Origin: an uncultured Gammaproteobacteria bacterium | GTDB taxonomy: Bacteria; Pseudomonadota; Gammaproteobacteria; DRLM01 | DNA: 64,000 nt | Assembly: GCA_963729605.1 (NCBI GenBank) | Contig: CAVSNY010000007.1 | Span: 640,001 to 704,000, forward strand | Direction of reading: 5' to 3' | In this document: positions 21,901 to 31,667 of the stretch, piece by piece | Numbering within the stretch: position 1 is the first letter of the stretch | Layout: each line of letters starts with the position of its first letter | Program-made: the position numbers and the translations under genes | The notes under the pieces: generated by a model | Databases searched by the model: none | The model's input: the letters and a program-made list of their open reading frames with translations, nothing else | What the model was told of the DNA's origin: nothing

Positions 21901-22964
21901 AGCTGCATTACAGTAAAGGGATCGCGAACACGCCGGGTGTCGATGTGGAGCGCCGCAAAAAATATCTGGCGGCTACCTTGGTATCCTGCATCGTGTTAAG
22001 TCTGGTGGGCGGCACTATCCACGTGCTGCAGTTGGGCGCCAACCGCATGCACGATATGCGCGGTAAAGCGCAGATTGATATGGATCAAGAAAAAAAGCAT
22101 CTGCGCGCCGCGGGTGAAGATTTTTATCGCCAGGCGGAACATGAATACGGTAAAAAGCAGATCGCCTCTTATTCGGTGGCCGAAGCCGAAGCGTTGCTGA
22201 CGCCTGATCAATGGCAAGAATTGGAAACCATGATAACGATTCCCGCCGGCAAATTTACCGTAGGTACGAATAGCGGACGGGCCGATGTGCAGGATCGGCC
22301 TGAGCACACGGTGAGCTTGGCGTCGTATCAGATCGATAAATATCCCGTGACCAATGCGCAATATGCGCGCTTCGTCGCGGCGACTGGACACCGCCCCCCT
22401 TTGCATTGGGATCAAGGCAAAATTCCGCCGGGCCGTGAAATGCACCCTGTAACCATGGTGTCCTGGTTTGATGCTAAGCGGTATGCGGAGTGGGCGGGCA
22501 AGCGTTTGCCCAAAGAATACGAATGGGAAGCGGCGGCGCGCGGCGCGGATGGCCGGCGTTGGCCTTGGGGCAACAAGATGGATCCCTTTCGCCTCAACAC
22601 TTATTATCAAGTCGGGTCGACCACCGAGGTGATGGCTTATCCCTCCGGCGCCAGTCCTTATGGCGTGATGGATATGGCGGGAAATGTCAGTCAGTGGATG
22701 GCGGATGACTTTTTACCTTACGCCGGCAGTGACGCGCCCAAGGATTTATTCCTGGCTAAGGCGGCGCAGCTGCCGGCCTCCGGCGCCGATCGCTCGATGA
22801 GGGTCGCCGAGTTCGTGGCTACGGATGAGCGTTACAAAGTGTTGCGAGGCGGATCTTGGAAGAGCGATCCTTTTTCCACGTCCAGTTATCATCGCAATTT
22901 TTCATGGCCCCATTTCGCTTCGAACTTTTTTGGATTTCGCTGTGTTAAAGACCTCACTTCCTGA
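21897..22964 (+). CDS. FGE-sulfatase (SUMF1/NirV/PvdO-like) domain membrane-anchored protein
   Basis: PEHTV, YPVTNAQY, HPVTMVSW, RLPKEYEWE, DMAGNV, RGGSW, GFRC; lacks the FGE catalytic CxxxxC. Confidence 0.9.
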   Translation: MKLHYSKGIANTPGVDVERRKKYLAATLVSCIVLSLVGGTIHVLQLGANRMHDMRGKAQIDMDQEKKHLRAAGEDFYRQAEHEYGKKQIASYSVAEAEALLTPDQWQELETMITIPAGKFTVGTNSGRADVQDRPEHTVSLASYQIDKYPVTNAQYARFVAATGHRPPLHWDQGKIPPGREMHPVTMVSWFDAKRYAEWAGKRLPKEYEWEAAARGADGRRWPWGNKMDPFRLNTYYQVGSTTEVMAYPSGASPYGVMDMAGNVSQWMADDFLPYAGSDAPKDLFLAKAAQLPASGADRSMRVAEFVATDERYKVLRGGSWKSDPFSTSSYHRNFSWPHFASNFFGFRCVKDLTS

Positions 22965-22968
22965 TTTA

Positions 22969-23208
22969 ATGGGCCGCCGTTTAGCTCAAGCCTGGCTGCT
23001 GGGCCTCTTGTTCGCACCCGCGGCCGCGTCGGCGGCCGATAGTTATCGCTGGTTGCACGTCACCATCGACACGCCCTGGGCCATCTTCATCTTCCTGCTG
23101 CCGATGGTGCTGCTGCCGGTGGTGCTGATGGCCTATTTGTATTGGCGGTTTGCCGGGCGCGCGGAGGCGGACAAAACCAAGAAAACGCCGGGCGACGAGC
23201 TGAAGTAA
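22969..23208 (+). CDS. Small membrane protein (signal peptide + TM, 79 aa)
   Basis: ASA cleavage-like site, then TM PWAIFIFLLPMVLLPVVLMAYLYW. Confidence 0.65.
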   Translation: MGRRLAQAWLLGLLFAPAAASAADSYRWLHVTIDTPWAIFIFLLPMVLLPVVLMAYLYWRFAGRAEADKTKKTPGDELK

Positions 23209-23261
23209 TACCAATAAACGGCATTCATGCCTTAAACGAGATTTGGGGAGTGACAGCGCGG

Positions 23262-23636
23262 ATGATCGCACGGCAAGGAACGTGGTGGATGGGGTTGAGT
23301 AAGTTTTTCAAGCTGCTTGTCTTCGTGGTTTTATTTTCAGGATCCGTGAACGCGCTGGCCCAGCCCGATGAAGGGTCGGAGGTGTTGCGTGGTTTTACCG
23401 ATAAAGCCTTGGCGGAAAGCGACGCCGTCAAAATCACCGATAAGAAAAAACACCAAATTCTGTTTATCATGGGCGCCTTGCTGCTGGCGGGTGTATTGGC
23501 CACCGCGGGTTTGGGGATAGCGATGGTGGTGTATGGTAAACAAGTCTTCATCGCGCACATGATCGGCGCGGGCTTCACCGTCTTTCTATCGGTTGCGCAC
23601 GCCGTCACCGCGATGGTGTGGTTTTTCCCTTACTGA
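23262..23636 (+). CDS. Hypothetical membrane protein with His residues in TM segments
   Basis: Signal peptide + 2 TM; KHQIL, IAHM, VAHA; start uncertain (23262 or 23289). Confidence 0.7.
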   Translation: MIARQGTWWMGLSKFFKLLVFVVLFSGSVNALAQPDEGSEVLRGFTDKALAESDAVKITDKKKHQILFIMGALLLAGVLATAGLGIAMVVYGKQVFIAHMIGAGFTVFLSVAHAVTAMVWFFPY

Positions 23637-23661
23637 TAATCGGGTGCCTAGTTCGCCCACC

Positions 23662-26322
23662 ATGCAGCCGACGGGGCCCCTCGATGCGCCGTTGAACGGT
23701 GGCGTCGCCCGTGGCGGGCAGGGTCACCGTTTGGTGGTCTTCGCCTATTTCCTGAGCGGTTTAACCTGTATCGCCTACGAAGTGCTGTGGGTGCGTATGC
23801 TCACGGTGCAATTTGGCGCCAGTATTTTTGGTGTGGTGCTCACCGTGTCCGCCTTCATGGCCGGGCTCGGTTTGGGCAGCTTGCTGGGCGCGCGGTTTGG
23901 TTATCTCTTGAGATCGCCCCTGATGTGGTGCGCGGCGTTGGAAGCGGCGGTGGCCGGATTCGCCCTTTTAATGCCTACGATTTTCCAGTGGCTGGAGCCC
24001 TGGTTGGACGGTTTTACCGGTGGCGCCAATCTTGCCCAATGGCACGGCTTGCAGGGTGGAGCCAGCTTTTTGCTGCTGTTTTTGCCGGCCTTGGCCATGG
24101 GCGCCGGTTTTTCATTGATACTGCGCGGCCTGGCGGGGGCCCCGGTGACTCTAGCCAAGCTGTATGGTTTGAATACCTTGGGCGGGGTGCTGGGCGCCTT
24201 ATTGCCTTTACTGCTGCTGCCGACGCTGGGGTGGACGCCGTCTTTACAGCTAATCGTCGTGCTCGGGGTAGCGGTGGCGGTGTTGATCGCATGGGGTGCC
24301 CGTTCGCTGCCACCCGTCAATCAGCCTGCGCCAACATCGTTTGACGCCGGCGTGCGTCCACCTATTACTTTATTGCTGAGTTACGCCGGGGTGGGAGCCA
24401 GCGCATTGATTCTGCAAGTGGGCTGGACCCGCCTGTACGGTATGGTGCTGTTGCGTACCGAGTACGTGCTGGCGGTGATTTTGGCGGTATTCCTGCTGGG
24501 TATCGGTGTCGGTAGTTTGCTGGCCCGGCGTGCCTTTTTTCAAAAATGGTTTATTTGGCTGCCGCCGCTCGCGGGCCTGTTCGCCTTGCTCAGTTTATGG
24601 GGGTTGCCGGCCCTGGCGGGGTGGGCCGACCGCCAGCAATTCGGGTCTTTGTGGGCGGCCTTGTTTTGGCAGGGGCTGGCACTGGCCGTGTTGACCTTTC
24701 CCACGACTTTGATGCTGGGCGCATGGCTGCCCCTGCTGAGCGAACGTATTGCCGCGGGCAAGGCCATCACGGGCGCGTGGCTGTACGGCGCCAACGCGGT
24801 GGGGGCGGCGGTGGGGGCGATCGTCGGTGGGCTGGTTTTGGTCCCCTGGATAGGGACGACCGCGCTCATCGGTTTGGCGGCCTTACTGCTGTTTGTCTGC
24901 GGAATGGGTTGCATAACGAGTCGGCGGTCTTGGTGGGCGATGCCGGTATTGATCGCCGCGGTCGTGCCCGTGCTGTCTTTCCCCCCGGTCAGCAGCCTTT
25001 TGCCGGTGACCCAGGCCCGGGTGAAAGATTTGGCGCTCTACGAGGATGCCTTATCCATCACCCATGTGGTGGAGCAGGAGGACGGTCAGCGTTTGCTGCT
25101 GGCCGATTTGCAGCGGATGGACGCCTCGTCGGATCCGGTTGCGGTGGTCGGTCAGCAAAATCAGGCCCGATTGCCTTTGTTGCTGCATGAAAACCCGCGC
25201 TCGGTGTTGTTTTTAGGTTTGGGTACCGGCATCTCCGCGGCGGGTGCGTTGCCATTCCCGGATATCTCGATCACCGCGGTGGAGTTGTCGGAGGGGGCGA
25301 TCAGTGCGGCCAAACAGTGGTTCGCCCCCGTGAACGCGGACGTGATGCGGCGGGCACGGGTGGTGAATGATGACGCCCGCCGGTTTCTGCGCGCCGATAC
25401 TGAAAATTACGATGTGATCATCGGCGATCTGTTTCATCCGGATTTGATCGGGCGGGGCAATCTGCTTTCCGTGCAGCAATTTCAGCGGGCCCGCGATCAT
25501 CTGGCGCCCGATGGGGTGTTCGTGCAGTGGCTGGCGCTCAACCAATTTGATCCCGAATCGCTGGTCATCGTCTTGCGCAGTTTCCGGCGGGTGTTCCCCG
25601 AGGCGCAGTTATTTGTCGAAGGATTTCGCCTGGCGCTGGTCGGGCCACGGGACCGCTGGCTGGGTGCGCCCGCCATGCTGAATAATTTGGCGCGTATGTC
25701 CGCCGCGGAACAAGCCGCGGTGACCGGCGGCGAAGGGTCTTGGACGTGGCTGGGGCGTTACTGGGGGCCGATCCCGGATAGCCGCGGTCCGCTGCAGGAC
25801 GAGTGGCGTCCCAAGATCGAGTTCAAGCTGCCGCAGGCGCGTTATGCCGGAACCTTTGATTTGGGTAGTCTCTTGGACCTGCTGCTCCGGTGGCGCCTGG
25901 ACCTGGACGCGGCGGCGCTGGCCTTGCGCATTGAAGATCGGAATAGGGAGGCCTTTGAGCGGGCCTTCGTTGGCTCCGAGCTGGTGATGCGGAGTTGGTT
26001 GGCAGCCTTGCGCGGCGATCCCTACGAGGGGCAGCGTCTGCTGCGCGCCGGATATGAGGCCAATCCCCAGGACCGTTGGATCGCCTCTACGTTGCTGGAT
26101 CAGATGCTGGCGTCCCTGCCGCAGGCGTTGCAACAAGGACGCGATGAGCGTGAGGCGTTGCAAACCCTGTTGGCGATCCATCCCGAACATGCCGGTGTAT
26201 TACGTGCGTTATGGCATCTTGAACGGAGGGAGGGACATCTTGATGAGGCGGAGCATTATCGGCGGCGTTTGCTGAGTTTGAGCCCGCTGGATAGGGAAGC
26301 AAATTTGATTGCGGCGCCTTAA
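23662..26322 (+). CDS. Fused multi-TM / spermidine-synthase-like SAM-dependent transferase with C-terminal TPR-like tail
   Basis: YEVLWVR, FMAGLGLGS, LYGLNTLGG, VLFLGLGTG, DDARRFL, YDVIIGD. Confidence 0.88.
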   Translation: MQPTGPLDAPLNGGVARGGQGHRLVVFAYFLSGLTCIAYEVLWVRMLTVQFGASIFGVVLTVSAFMAGLGLGSLLGARFGYLLRSPLMWCAALEAAVAGFALLMPTIFQWLEPWLDGFTGGANLAQWHGLQGGASFLLLFLPALAMGAGFSLILRGLAGAPVTLAKLYGLNTLGGVLGALLPLLLLPTLGWTPSLQLIVVLGVAVAVLIAWGARSLPPVNQPAPTSFDAGVRPPITLLLSYAGVGASALILQVGWTRLYGMVLLRTEYVLAVILAVFLLGIGVGSLLARRAFFQKWFIWLPPLAGLFALLSLWGLPALAGWADRQQFGSLWAALFWQGLALAVLTFPTTLMLGAWLPLLSERIAAGKAITGAWLYGANAVGAAVGAIVGGLVLVPWIGTTALIGLAALLLFVCGMGCITSRRSWWAMPVLIAAVVPVLSFPPVSSLLPVTQARVKDLALYEDALSITHVVEQEDGQRLLLADLQRMDASSDPVAVVGQQNQARLPLLLHENPRSVLFLGLGTGISAAGALPFPDISITAVELSEGAISAAKQWFAPVNADVMRRARVVNDDARRFLRADTENYDVIIGDLFHPDLIGRGNLLSVQQFQRARDHLAPDGVFVQWLALNQFDPESLVIVLRSFRRVFPEAQLFVEGFRLALVGPRDRWLGAPAMLNNLARMSAAEQAAVTGGEGSWTWLGRYWGPIPDSRGPLQDEWRPKIEFKLPQARYAGTFDLGSLLDLLLRWRLDLDAAALALRIEDRNREAFERAFVGSELVMRSWLAALRGDPYEGQRLLRAGYEANPQDRWIASTLLDQMLASLPQALQQGRDEREALQTLLAIHPEHAGVLRALWHLERREGHLDEAEHYRRRLLSLSPLDREANLIAAP

Positions 26323-26325
26323 ATA

Positions 26326-26353
26326 CATAAGGGCCGCGATGGCGGCCCTTATG
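26326..26353. terminator. Hairpin between convergent genes
   Basis: cataagggccgc-gatg-gcggcccttatg. Confidence 0.7.
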
Positions 26354-26379
26354 TTAATAAATGCACTTCAGTGCCGGGA

Positions 26380-26517
26380 TTATTTGGAGCCTTCTTCTTC
26401 CTTGCGACGGCGCAGGACGTCTTGAAAAGCCCCGTCGCTGATCATGTAGGCACCGACGATAATGATACTGAAAACAAAGATAGGAATTAAAATCCGAAAG
26501 CCAATTTCTTCGACCAT
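26380..26517 (-). CDS. Single-TM microprotein, 45 aa (MVEEIGFRILIPIFVFSIIIVGAYMISDG...)
   Basis: Strong aggagggggg RBS; TM + charged tail. Confidence 0.65.
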   Translation of the reverse strand: MVEEIGFRILIPIFVFSIIIVGAYMISDGAFQDVLRRRKEEEGSK

Positions 26518-26929
26518 GTTACCCCCCCTCCTTATGAAAGCCTTTCCCCGCAAGGGAGAACAAGCCAGTTGCACGACTATAGCCAATCAATTTATATTTT
26601 ACAATACGATTTCTTAAATTAGCTTGATTGGGAATTCCACGGGCCAAGCCTGGAATGCTTGCCGAGCGTAGAAGTTTAGTGCGCCGGCCGGGGTGGAGTG
26701 GTTTGAAAGCCCTGCCGTCATTCATCATGAATGAGGCCGCGCGGACCTGACGACCGGCGTAAAAACACGCCTGGCGGGTTATATCCGGCGATTTTAAAGG
26801 TTCAGTACCGTGTAGTTGCATCACTGGTGGGGATTGGATAGAGTAGCTCCGCTGAATAGATAAGCGCAGCTTCCGATTGGGAAGAGTCGCTAAAAGCGAT
26901 TTATTATTTATAAGGGGGAGTGGGTGATT

Positions 26930-27010
26930 ATGAACAACGTCGGTTTTCTTGCTGTCCTGTTTTCCTTGGCGATTTTGATCTTTGTTGTTTTGCCCGCGAT
27001 GACCATCTAA
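26930..27010 (+). CDS. Single-TM microprotein, 26 aa (MNNVGFLAVLFSLAILIFVVLPAMTI)
   Basis: aagggggag RBS; entirely hydrophobic. Confidence 0.55.
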   Translation: MNNVGFLAVLFSLAILIFVVLPAMTI

Positions 27011-27134
27011 CTCTTGCCGGGGCGAACTCTTATTGTTGAAGTCCTGCGTGAGAGGCTAGTGGGGCGAGTGAGTGCATGCCCATGTGCTCACGCCCCTCTC
27101 CATGCAGGGTGAGAATCGTCGCCTGTAGGTTCTG

Positions 27135-27689
27135 TTGTTTCGTACATTCAAGACGCGGGGATTGATTTTGCATCCTACACAGCTTGCCGCTGAATCTCAT
27201 CAGCTGCTCAAATTTTTGCTTGGGGCGGCCGCATTTTTATTCGTGGGTACCGTGCAGGGCGTCTTGCAGGTGCTTCCCCCCATCCGGGCCTGGCTGGATT
27301 CGGTGGGTAGCCCGATCAGCGGCCCCGGCCATATGATCGATCCGCTCGCCCATGCCCACATCAACGTGGTAGGCGGCTTGGTCATCATTGGGATGGCGGT
27401 CACTTATTATTTGTGGCCGATCTTGTCGGGACGCCCGGTATGGTCGAAGCGTTTGATCGATCATTCGTTTTGGTGGACGGCGGTGGGGGTCAGCGGTTTT
27501 TATACCACTTTATTGGTATTCGGGATCGTCGAAGGCAATTTATTGCTGAACGATCCGCAAGCCGTGCCCGCCGTGCATCGTTATTACGCCCCGGTCATCA
27601 GCATCGTATCGACCGTGATGGGGATGGGCTTCTGGATTTTTTTCATCAATGTCTTTTGTAGCTTCAGAGCCATTCACAAGAAACAATGA
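27135..27689 (+). CDS. Second 4-TM heme-copper-oxidase subunit I homologue
   Basis: GTVQG, AHAHINVVGG, YYLWP, VWSKRLIDHSFW; start uncertain. Confidence 0.8.
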   Translation: MFRTFKTRGLILHPTQLAAESHQLLKFLLGAAAFLFVGTVQGVLQVLPPIRAWLDSVGSPISGPGHMIDPLAHAHINVVGGLVIIGMAVTYYLWPILSGRPVWSKRLIDHSFWWTAVGVSGFYTTLLVFGIVEGNLLLNDPQAVPAVHRYYAPVISIVSTVMGMGFWIFFINVFCSFRAIHKKQ

Positions 27690-28201
27690 GCATGTCCTGT
27701 GGGTGTCCCGTGGATGTCCCGGCTTGGGACGGTCAGGATATCGATCTCAGCGGGAGACATGCCCATATCCTTCCGATCCCGATGTTCATGCATATGCCCA
27801 TGGCTTATGGGCTGTACTTGCATCGCCAGCAACAACTCGTCGAAAAATTGGAGCTTGAAGAGCGCTGGCCTGGTTTAGTGTTGACCCGCACCGGTTTTTT
27901 CAGAGGCAGCCTCACCCGTTTGCTGGAAGAAACCCATTCGCCATCCCGCCATATCCAGGTGTTGCCGACCCCGTTCCGGGTGCGCGCGGTTCTGCATCGC
28001 GGCAATGTCAGCACCAGTTATAAAGTGATTCAACGCATGCAGGCCGAGCTGATCGATGCCGGCCGCGCGCCCAAGGAACTTTATATGTGTCATCTGACCT
28101 GTCCCCACTGCGAAGAGCGCAAAGGTGGCGAGCAGATTTTATTGCTGCGCCGCTGGGAAGAAAGCGCGTTTTTGAAAAAGCGGCAAGCGGGGCGCGCTTG
28201 A
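27686..28201 (+). CDS. Soluble protein with N-terminal CGCP and C-terminal CPHC (GyrI-like 'hydrolase' family resemblance)
   Basis: CGCP...WDG, PMFMHMP, LYMCHLTCPHC. Confidence 0.55.
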   Translation: MSMSCGCPVDVPAWDGQDIDLSGRHAHILPIPMFMHMPMAYGLYLHRQQQLVEKLELEERWPGLVLTRTGFFRGSLTRLLEETHSPSRHIQVLPTPFRVRAVLHRGNVSTSYKVIQRMQAELIDAGRAPKELYMCHLTCPHCEERKGGEQILLLRRWEESAFLKKRQAGRA

Positions 28202-28427
28202 TCCGATAGGTTGAAAGGCTGATTCCGTGTCGCCTTCAAAATCGCACTGATTTTTTCAGCACGTAAAATCGTCGCGTTCTTGATTCGACGTTTTTTCGAT
28301 CGCGTTCAGCGTTTGACAGAATACTCTTGTCTGCACCGTGCGCAGCTTGTTTTGTGATGGTTGCCGCAGTCAGCGCCGTTCCGCGTGGTCAATTGACCGG
28401 CATCCTTGCGCCGTGCGGTCGGTGTTT

Positions 28428-28856
28428 TCAGGGCGAGTTGGCCTTCACACTGGCGATTTGTTCGCTGAGGGGGAAACGCAGCAAGCCTTGGCGGCTGTCG
28501 CGGTCGATACGCACGTACAAGATGTCCTGCGTGGGATCTCCAACCGCGATGGCGCGCCGATAAACGCCCACATGGCCATCTTGTATGGCTTGATACCAGC
28601 GTCCGTCCTCGTTGATGCGTAATGACACCATGAGGTTGTGTGCCGGTTTGTGCTGTTCGCGAGAGGCGATGATGAGAAATTCGTTCATGCCGCTGGTGGC
28701 CAAGGGCGGCCGCGTTTCAACCTGGATACGGACGTCCTCCCAGGTTTGCGCGGGCATGGAGGGGACGGGACCGCTGTCGCAGGCGCTCAGTGCCGAGCAC
28801 AAGATCACGCTTGCCCAACCGGGGAATGAATTAATTTTAAATTTAGAGTGGCGCAT
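28428..28856 (-). CDS. Lipoprotein, YtkA/FixH-like Ig fold (tentative)
   Basis: Lipobox LSAC; ETRPP...GMNEFLI, GVYR. Confidence 0.55.
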   Translation of the reverse strand: MRHSKFKINSFPGWASVILCSALSACDSGPVPSMPAQTWEDVRIQVETRPPLATSGMNEFLIIASREQHKPAHNLMVSLRINEDGRWYQAIQDGHVGVYRRAIAVGDPTQDILYVRIDRDSRQGLLRFPLSEQIASVKANSP

Positions 28857-29124
28857 GGGTCTGGTAGTAATGGGTGATCTTGCGCAGGTCTTCTTCCTCG
28901 ATGGCGGCGAGGCCTTTGGTAATCCGATGTTGTTGCATACGCAGTACGATCGGCCGCCAATCGCCCCGTGGGTGCGCGGAGGGGCGCGGCGCGGCGTGGC
29001 ATTCGCTGCACCATTTTTGAATCAAAGGTTGCACTTCATTCACCGCGGGGGTTTGAAAACCCATGGTGGCCTCCTGTTTTCCGATGTCGCAGCCGGCGCT
29101 GAGTCCGGCTGCGAGGATCAGCAA
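28843..29124 (-). CDS. Small monoheme cytochrome c lipoprotein
   Basis: SAGC lipobox, CSECH, W..IVLRM; start uncertain. Confidence 0.8.
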   Translation of the reverse strand: MLILAAGLSAGCDIGKQEATMGFQTPAVNEVQPLIQKWCSECHAAPRPSAHPRGDWRPIVLRMQQHRITKGLAAIEEEDLRKITHYYQTHAPL

Positions 29125-29279
29125 AAACGTCTTCAGCGTGGACGCGTTTATGCCGCGCGGGCGTGCAGTATAGAGTGTTGATGGGGTAATGGTGAATTTC
29201 TCCGTACGGCCTTTTCATCTGGATTTGACTCGTCGCTCGGTTCGGCGATTGTGGTCCAGCCGGCGTGACAAGTTGGATT

Positions 29280-29702
29280 TTAATCGGCGGATTTAGCCTT
29301 TTCGGCAGCTTGTTTCGCCTTTTTGCGCGCGCGCTGGTGCCGCCCGTCCACCATGTAATAAATCACCCCGGCCATGCTGATGACCCACACCGCGCCGGCG
29401 ACGATGCCCCAGTCGAACCAGGGCCGCTCGTAACCGGGTCGCACGCCCCAGAAGGGGAAGGTGAGGCCGGTCGCGACCAGCAAGAGTACAAAAAAGAGTG
29501 CGACAAACCAATAGGGCACGCCGTGATCCGACGAGGAATCGGCCATTTTTTCCACCATTTCCCAATCCTCGAGGCCGCGCTTGCTGATCCGGTCTTCGTC
29601 GTTGGCGTAACCCATATGATCCTGGCGTTTCTCGCCCCACTGGACCTCCTGCATGGGGCTCAGCGCCTCGTGTCCAACTTCATCGCTTTGTTTGGTCGCC
29701 AT
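29280..29702 (-). CDS. 2-TM protein with CcoP N-terminal-like motif, no heme
   Basis: DHGVPYWFVALF before TM; follows ccoG. Confidence 0.55.
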   Translation of the reverse strand: MATKQSDEVGHEALSPMQEVQWGEKRQDHMGYANDEDRISKRGLEDWEMVEKMADSSSDHGVPYWFVALFFVLLLVATGLTFPFWGVRPGYERPWFDWGIVAGAVWVISMAGVIYYMVDGRHQRARKKAKQAAEKAKSAD

Positions 29703-29708
29703 GGTTCG

Positions 29709-31019
29709 TTAACCTCGCTCGACGTAGTGTTGTATCTGGAAGCTGTCCTTCCAGCCGTCCGCCGCTCGAGCGTGGACGGTGATGCTGTAAATACCGGTGG
29801 GCAGGCCGGGTTTGATATGCAGATTGAGATCCTTGCGGTCCGCCGTGGTAAATTCCGCCTGGGTTTGATTCAAACTGTACATCTCTGCGGGAATGCCTTC
29901 CACTTGCACGGCGACGGTGGCCGGGCCGTAAATTTTATTGGCGATATTGATTCGATAATCTTGGATTTGGTTCCCGTGCAGGATCTCCGCGCGGTAGACG
30001 GTGAGATGATACGGATTGTAGTCGATGATACCCCAGGCCAGCAGGCCGACGCCCAGCGCGAAGGCCGGCGCGACCCACTTGGTGCGGTTGAGCAAAGTCG
30101 TCAAAGCCATTTTGTTATTGGCGCGCTGTTTACCCTTCGGCGGGCCGAATTTCAGGCTTAAGAGGCCGGCTACGCCCTGTTTTTTATGCAGGCTGTCGCA
30201 GGCGCTGACGCATTCGCCGCAATTGATGCAGCTGTCGTAGGTCAGGGTGTTGCGCGGGTCGATATTGACCGGGCATTTGGTTTCGCAGTAGTTGCAGGTG
30301 GCGCATTCCTGTCCCCGCGCGGTGTCGTATTCGAGGTGCAAGGTGTCGCGGGTCTTGAACAGGAATTGCCACATCCGGTAGATGCACATGTAGCGGCATA
30401 CATAGTGGCGGATCAGGGCGATGTTGGTGGCGACGATGAACACGAACACCGAGTAGATCCAGTACAGCGAGTTGCTCAAGGCCGGGTGCGCTTGCAGGGT
30501 CACGAAGGCCCAGATCGCCTCGCGCGGGAGGAAATAGAGCATCGGGATGATGGAGATCAGCATCGCCGCGCCGAGGATTTTCAGGGTCAAGCTCGTCCAG
30601 TTTTGCCAGTGGTTCTTGCCGGACGAAACCCGGGTGCTGGCGGGTTCGTCCCCCCAGTTGATGATGGCGCGTTTGCCCAGCAGGCGGGAGGTGAGGTTGT
30701 TCGCCCAGGTGGAAAAGGTGTTTTGCGGGCAGACCCAGCCACAGAAGACGTTGCCCATGGTGGAATATAAAACGATGAACAGGCAGGCCGCCGCCAGCCA
30801 AAATCCGAAGACGATGAAAAAGTCGGCGAACCAGATTTGCCGATCGAGGATCACGAAACCCGACGACACATCTATTCTGAATAGACCGAGTAAGGGGATG
30901 AGGATCAGCGCGACTATCGCCCCGATACGGGTGAATTGGCGGAGACGAGCCATATTTCCGCCGCCGCCTTTGGTCTCGGTTACAATAGGAATGCGTTTAA
31001 AGGTGGCGTGCTCGCTCAT
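29709..31019 (-). CDS. ccoG: CcoG/FixG-family 4Fe-4S membrane protein
   Basis: FCGWVCPQ, CRYMC, CxxCxxCxxxCP, CINCGECVSAC, C-terminal Ig-like domain. Confidence 0.88.
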   Translation of the reverse strand: MSEHATFKRIPIVTETKGGGGNMARLRQFTRIGAIVALILIPLLGLFRIDVSSGFVILDRQIWFADFFIVFGFWLAAACLFIVLYSTMGNVFCGWVCPQNTFSTWANNLTSRLLGKRAIINWGDEPASTRVSSGKNHWQNWTSLTLKILGAAMLISIIPMLYFLPREAIWAFVTLQAHPALSNSLYWIYSVFVFIVATNIALIRHYVCRYMCIYRMWQFLFKTRDTLHLEYDTARGQECATCNYCETKCPVNIDPRNTLTYDSCINCGECVSACDSLHKKQGVAGLLSLKFGPPKGKQRANNKMALTTLLNRTKWVAPAFALGVGLLAWGIIDYNPYHLTVYRAEILHGNQIQDYRINIANKIYGPATVAVQVEGIPAEMYSLNQTQAEFTTADRKDLNLHIKPGLPTGIYSITVHARAADGWKDSFQIQHYVERG

Positions 31020-31228
31020 GATGCAACGGTACCCGCTTCAGTTAGGTGAACTCATCTTCCGGCTCGGCTACTTTAAGGGCTCGGACGTACAACTGTGATC
31101 ACGAAGTGGCGGCGGGGCCGGCCTCTTATTGGCTACAGGTGGGTTACGTCACCGTATTAGACGGTCCTAGCAGCATAGATTCCACTGTTGATACTATCAC
31201 TCATGGAAGTAATTGGGGAACCTCAGTC

Positions 31229-31648
31229 ATGCCTACCGCGATAAACCGCTTGCGTTCTTTGTTCGTTATATGTTTGTGCGTGTTGTTTTTGCCGGGATGT
31301 GAAACGGGCAGCCCGGTATCGGACGCGGAAGCCGTGGCCGAAAAATACTATCAGGCCTTGAAAAACCAGGATTTCGAAGGGGCGGCGGGCTTCTTCGCCG
31401 CCGGCGAACGGAGTCGCGGCCAGTGGCAGCAGGAGCTGGAGGGATATCACGGCAAATTGGGCGATTTGCAAGAAGCCAAACTTACCAATAGTTTGGTGAA
31501 TACCGTGTTCAGCGGCCGCCGTTATATTCTTACTTACAGCGTCAAATACGCCAATTTTCCCGCCACTGAAACCTTGATCATGTTCGAACCCGTCTCGGGC
31601 GAGAGCCTGTTGATAGAAGTTATCAATGTCATGTCGCGGGGCTTGTAG
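31229..31648 (+). CDS. Hypothetical lipoprotein (NTF2/DUF3887-like)
   Basis: Lipobox LPGC; AEKYYQAL..QDF; gggga RBS. Confidence 0.65.
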   Translation: MPTAINRLRSLFVICLCVLFLPGCETGSPVSDAEAVAEKYYQALKNQDFEGAAGFFAAGERSRGQWQQELEGYHGKLGDLQEAKLTNSLVNTVFSGRRYILTYSVKYANFPATETLIMFEPVSGESLLIEVINVMSRGL

Positions 31649-31667
31649 CCGGGCCGGACGAATTTTA

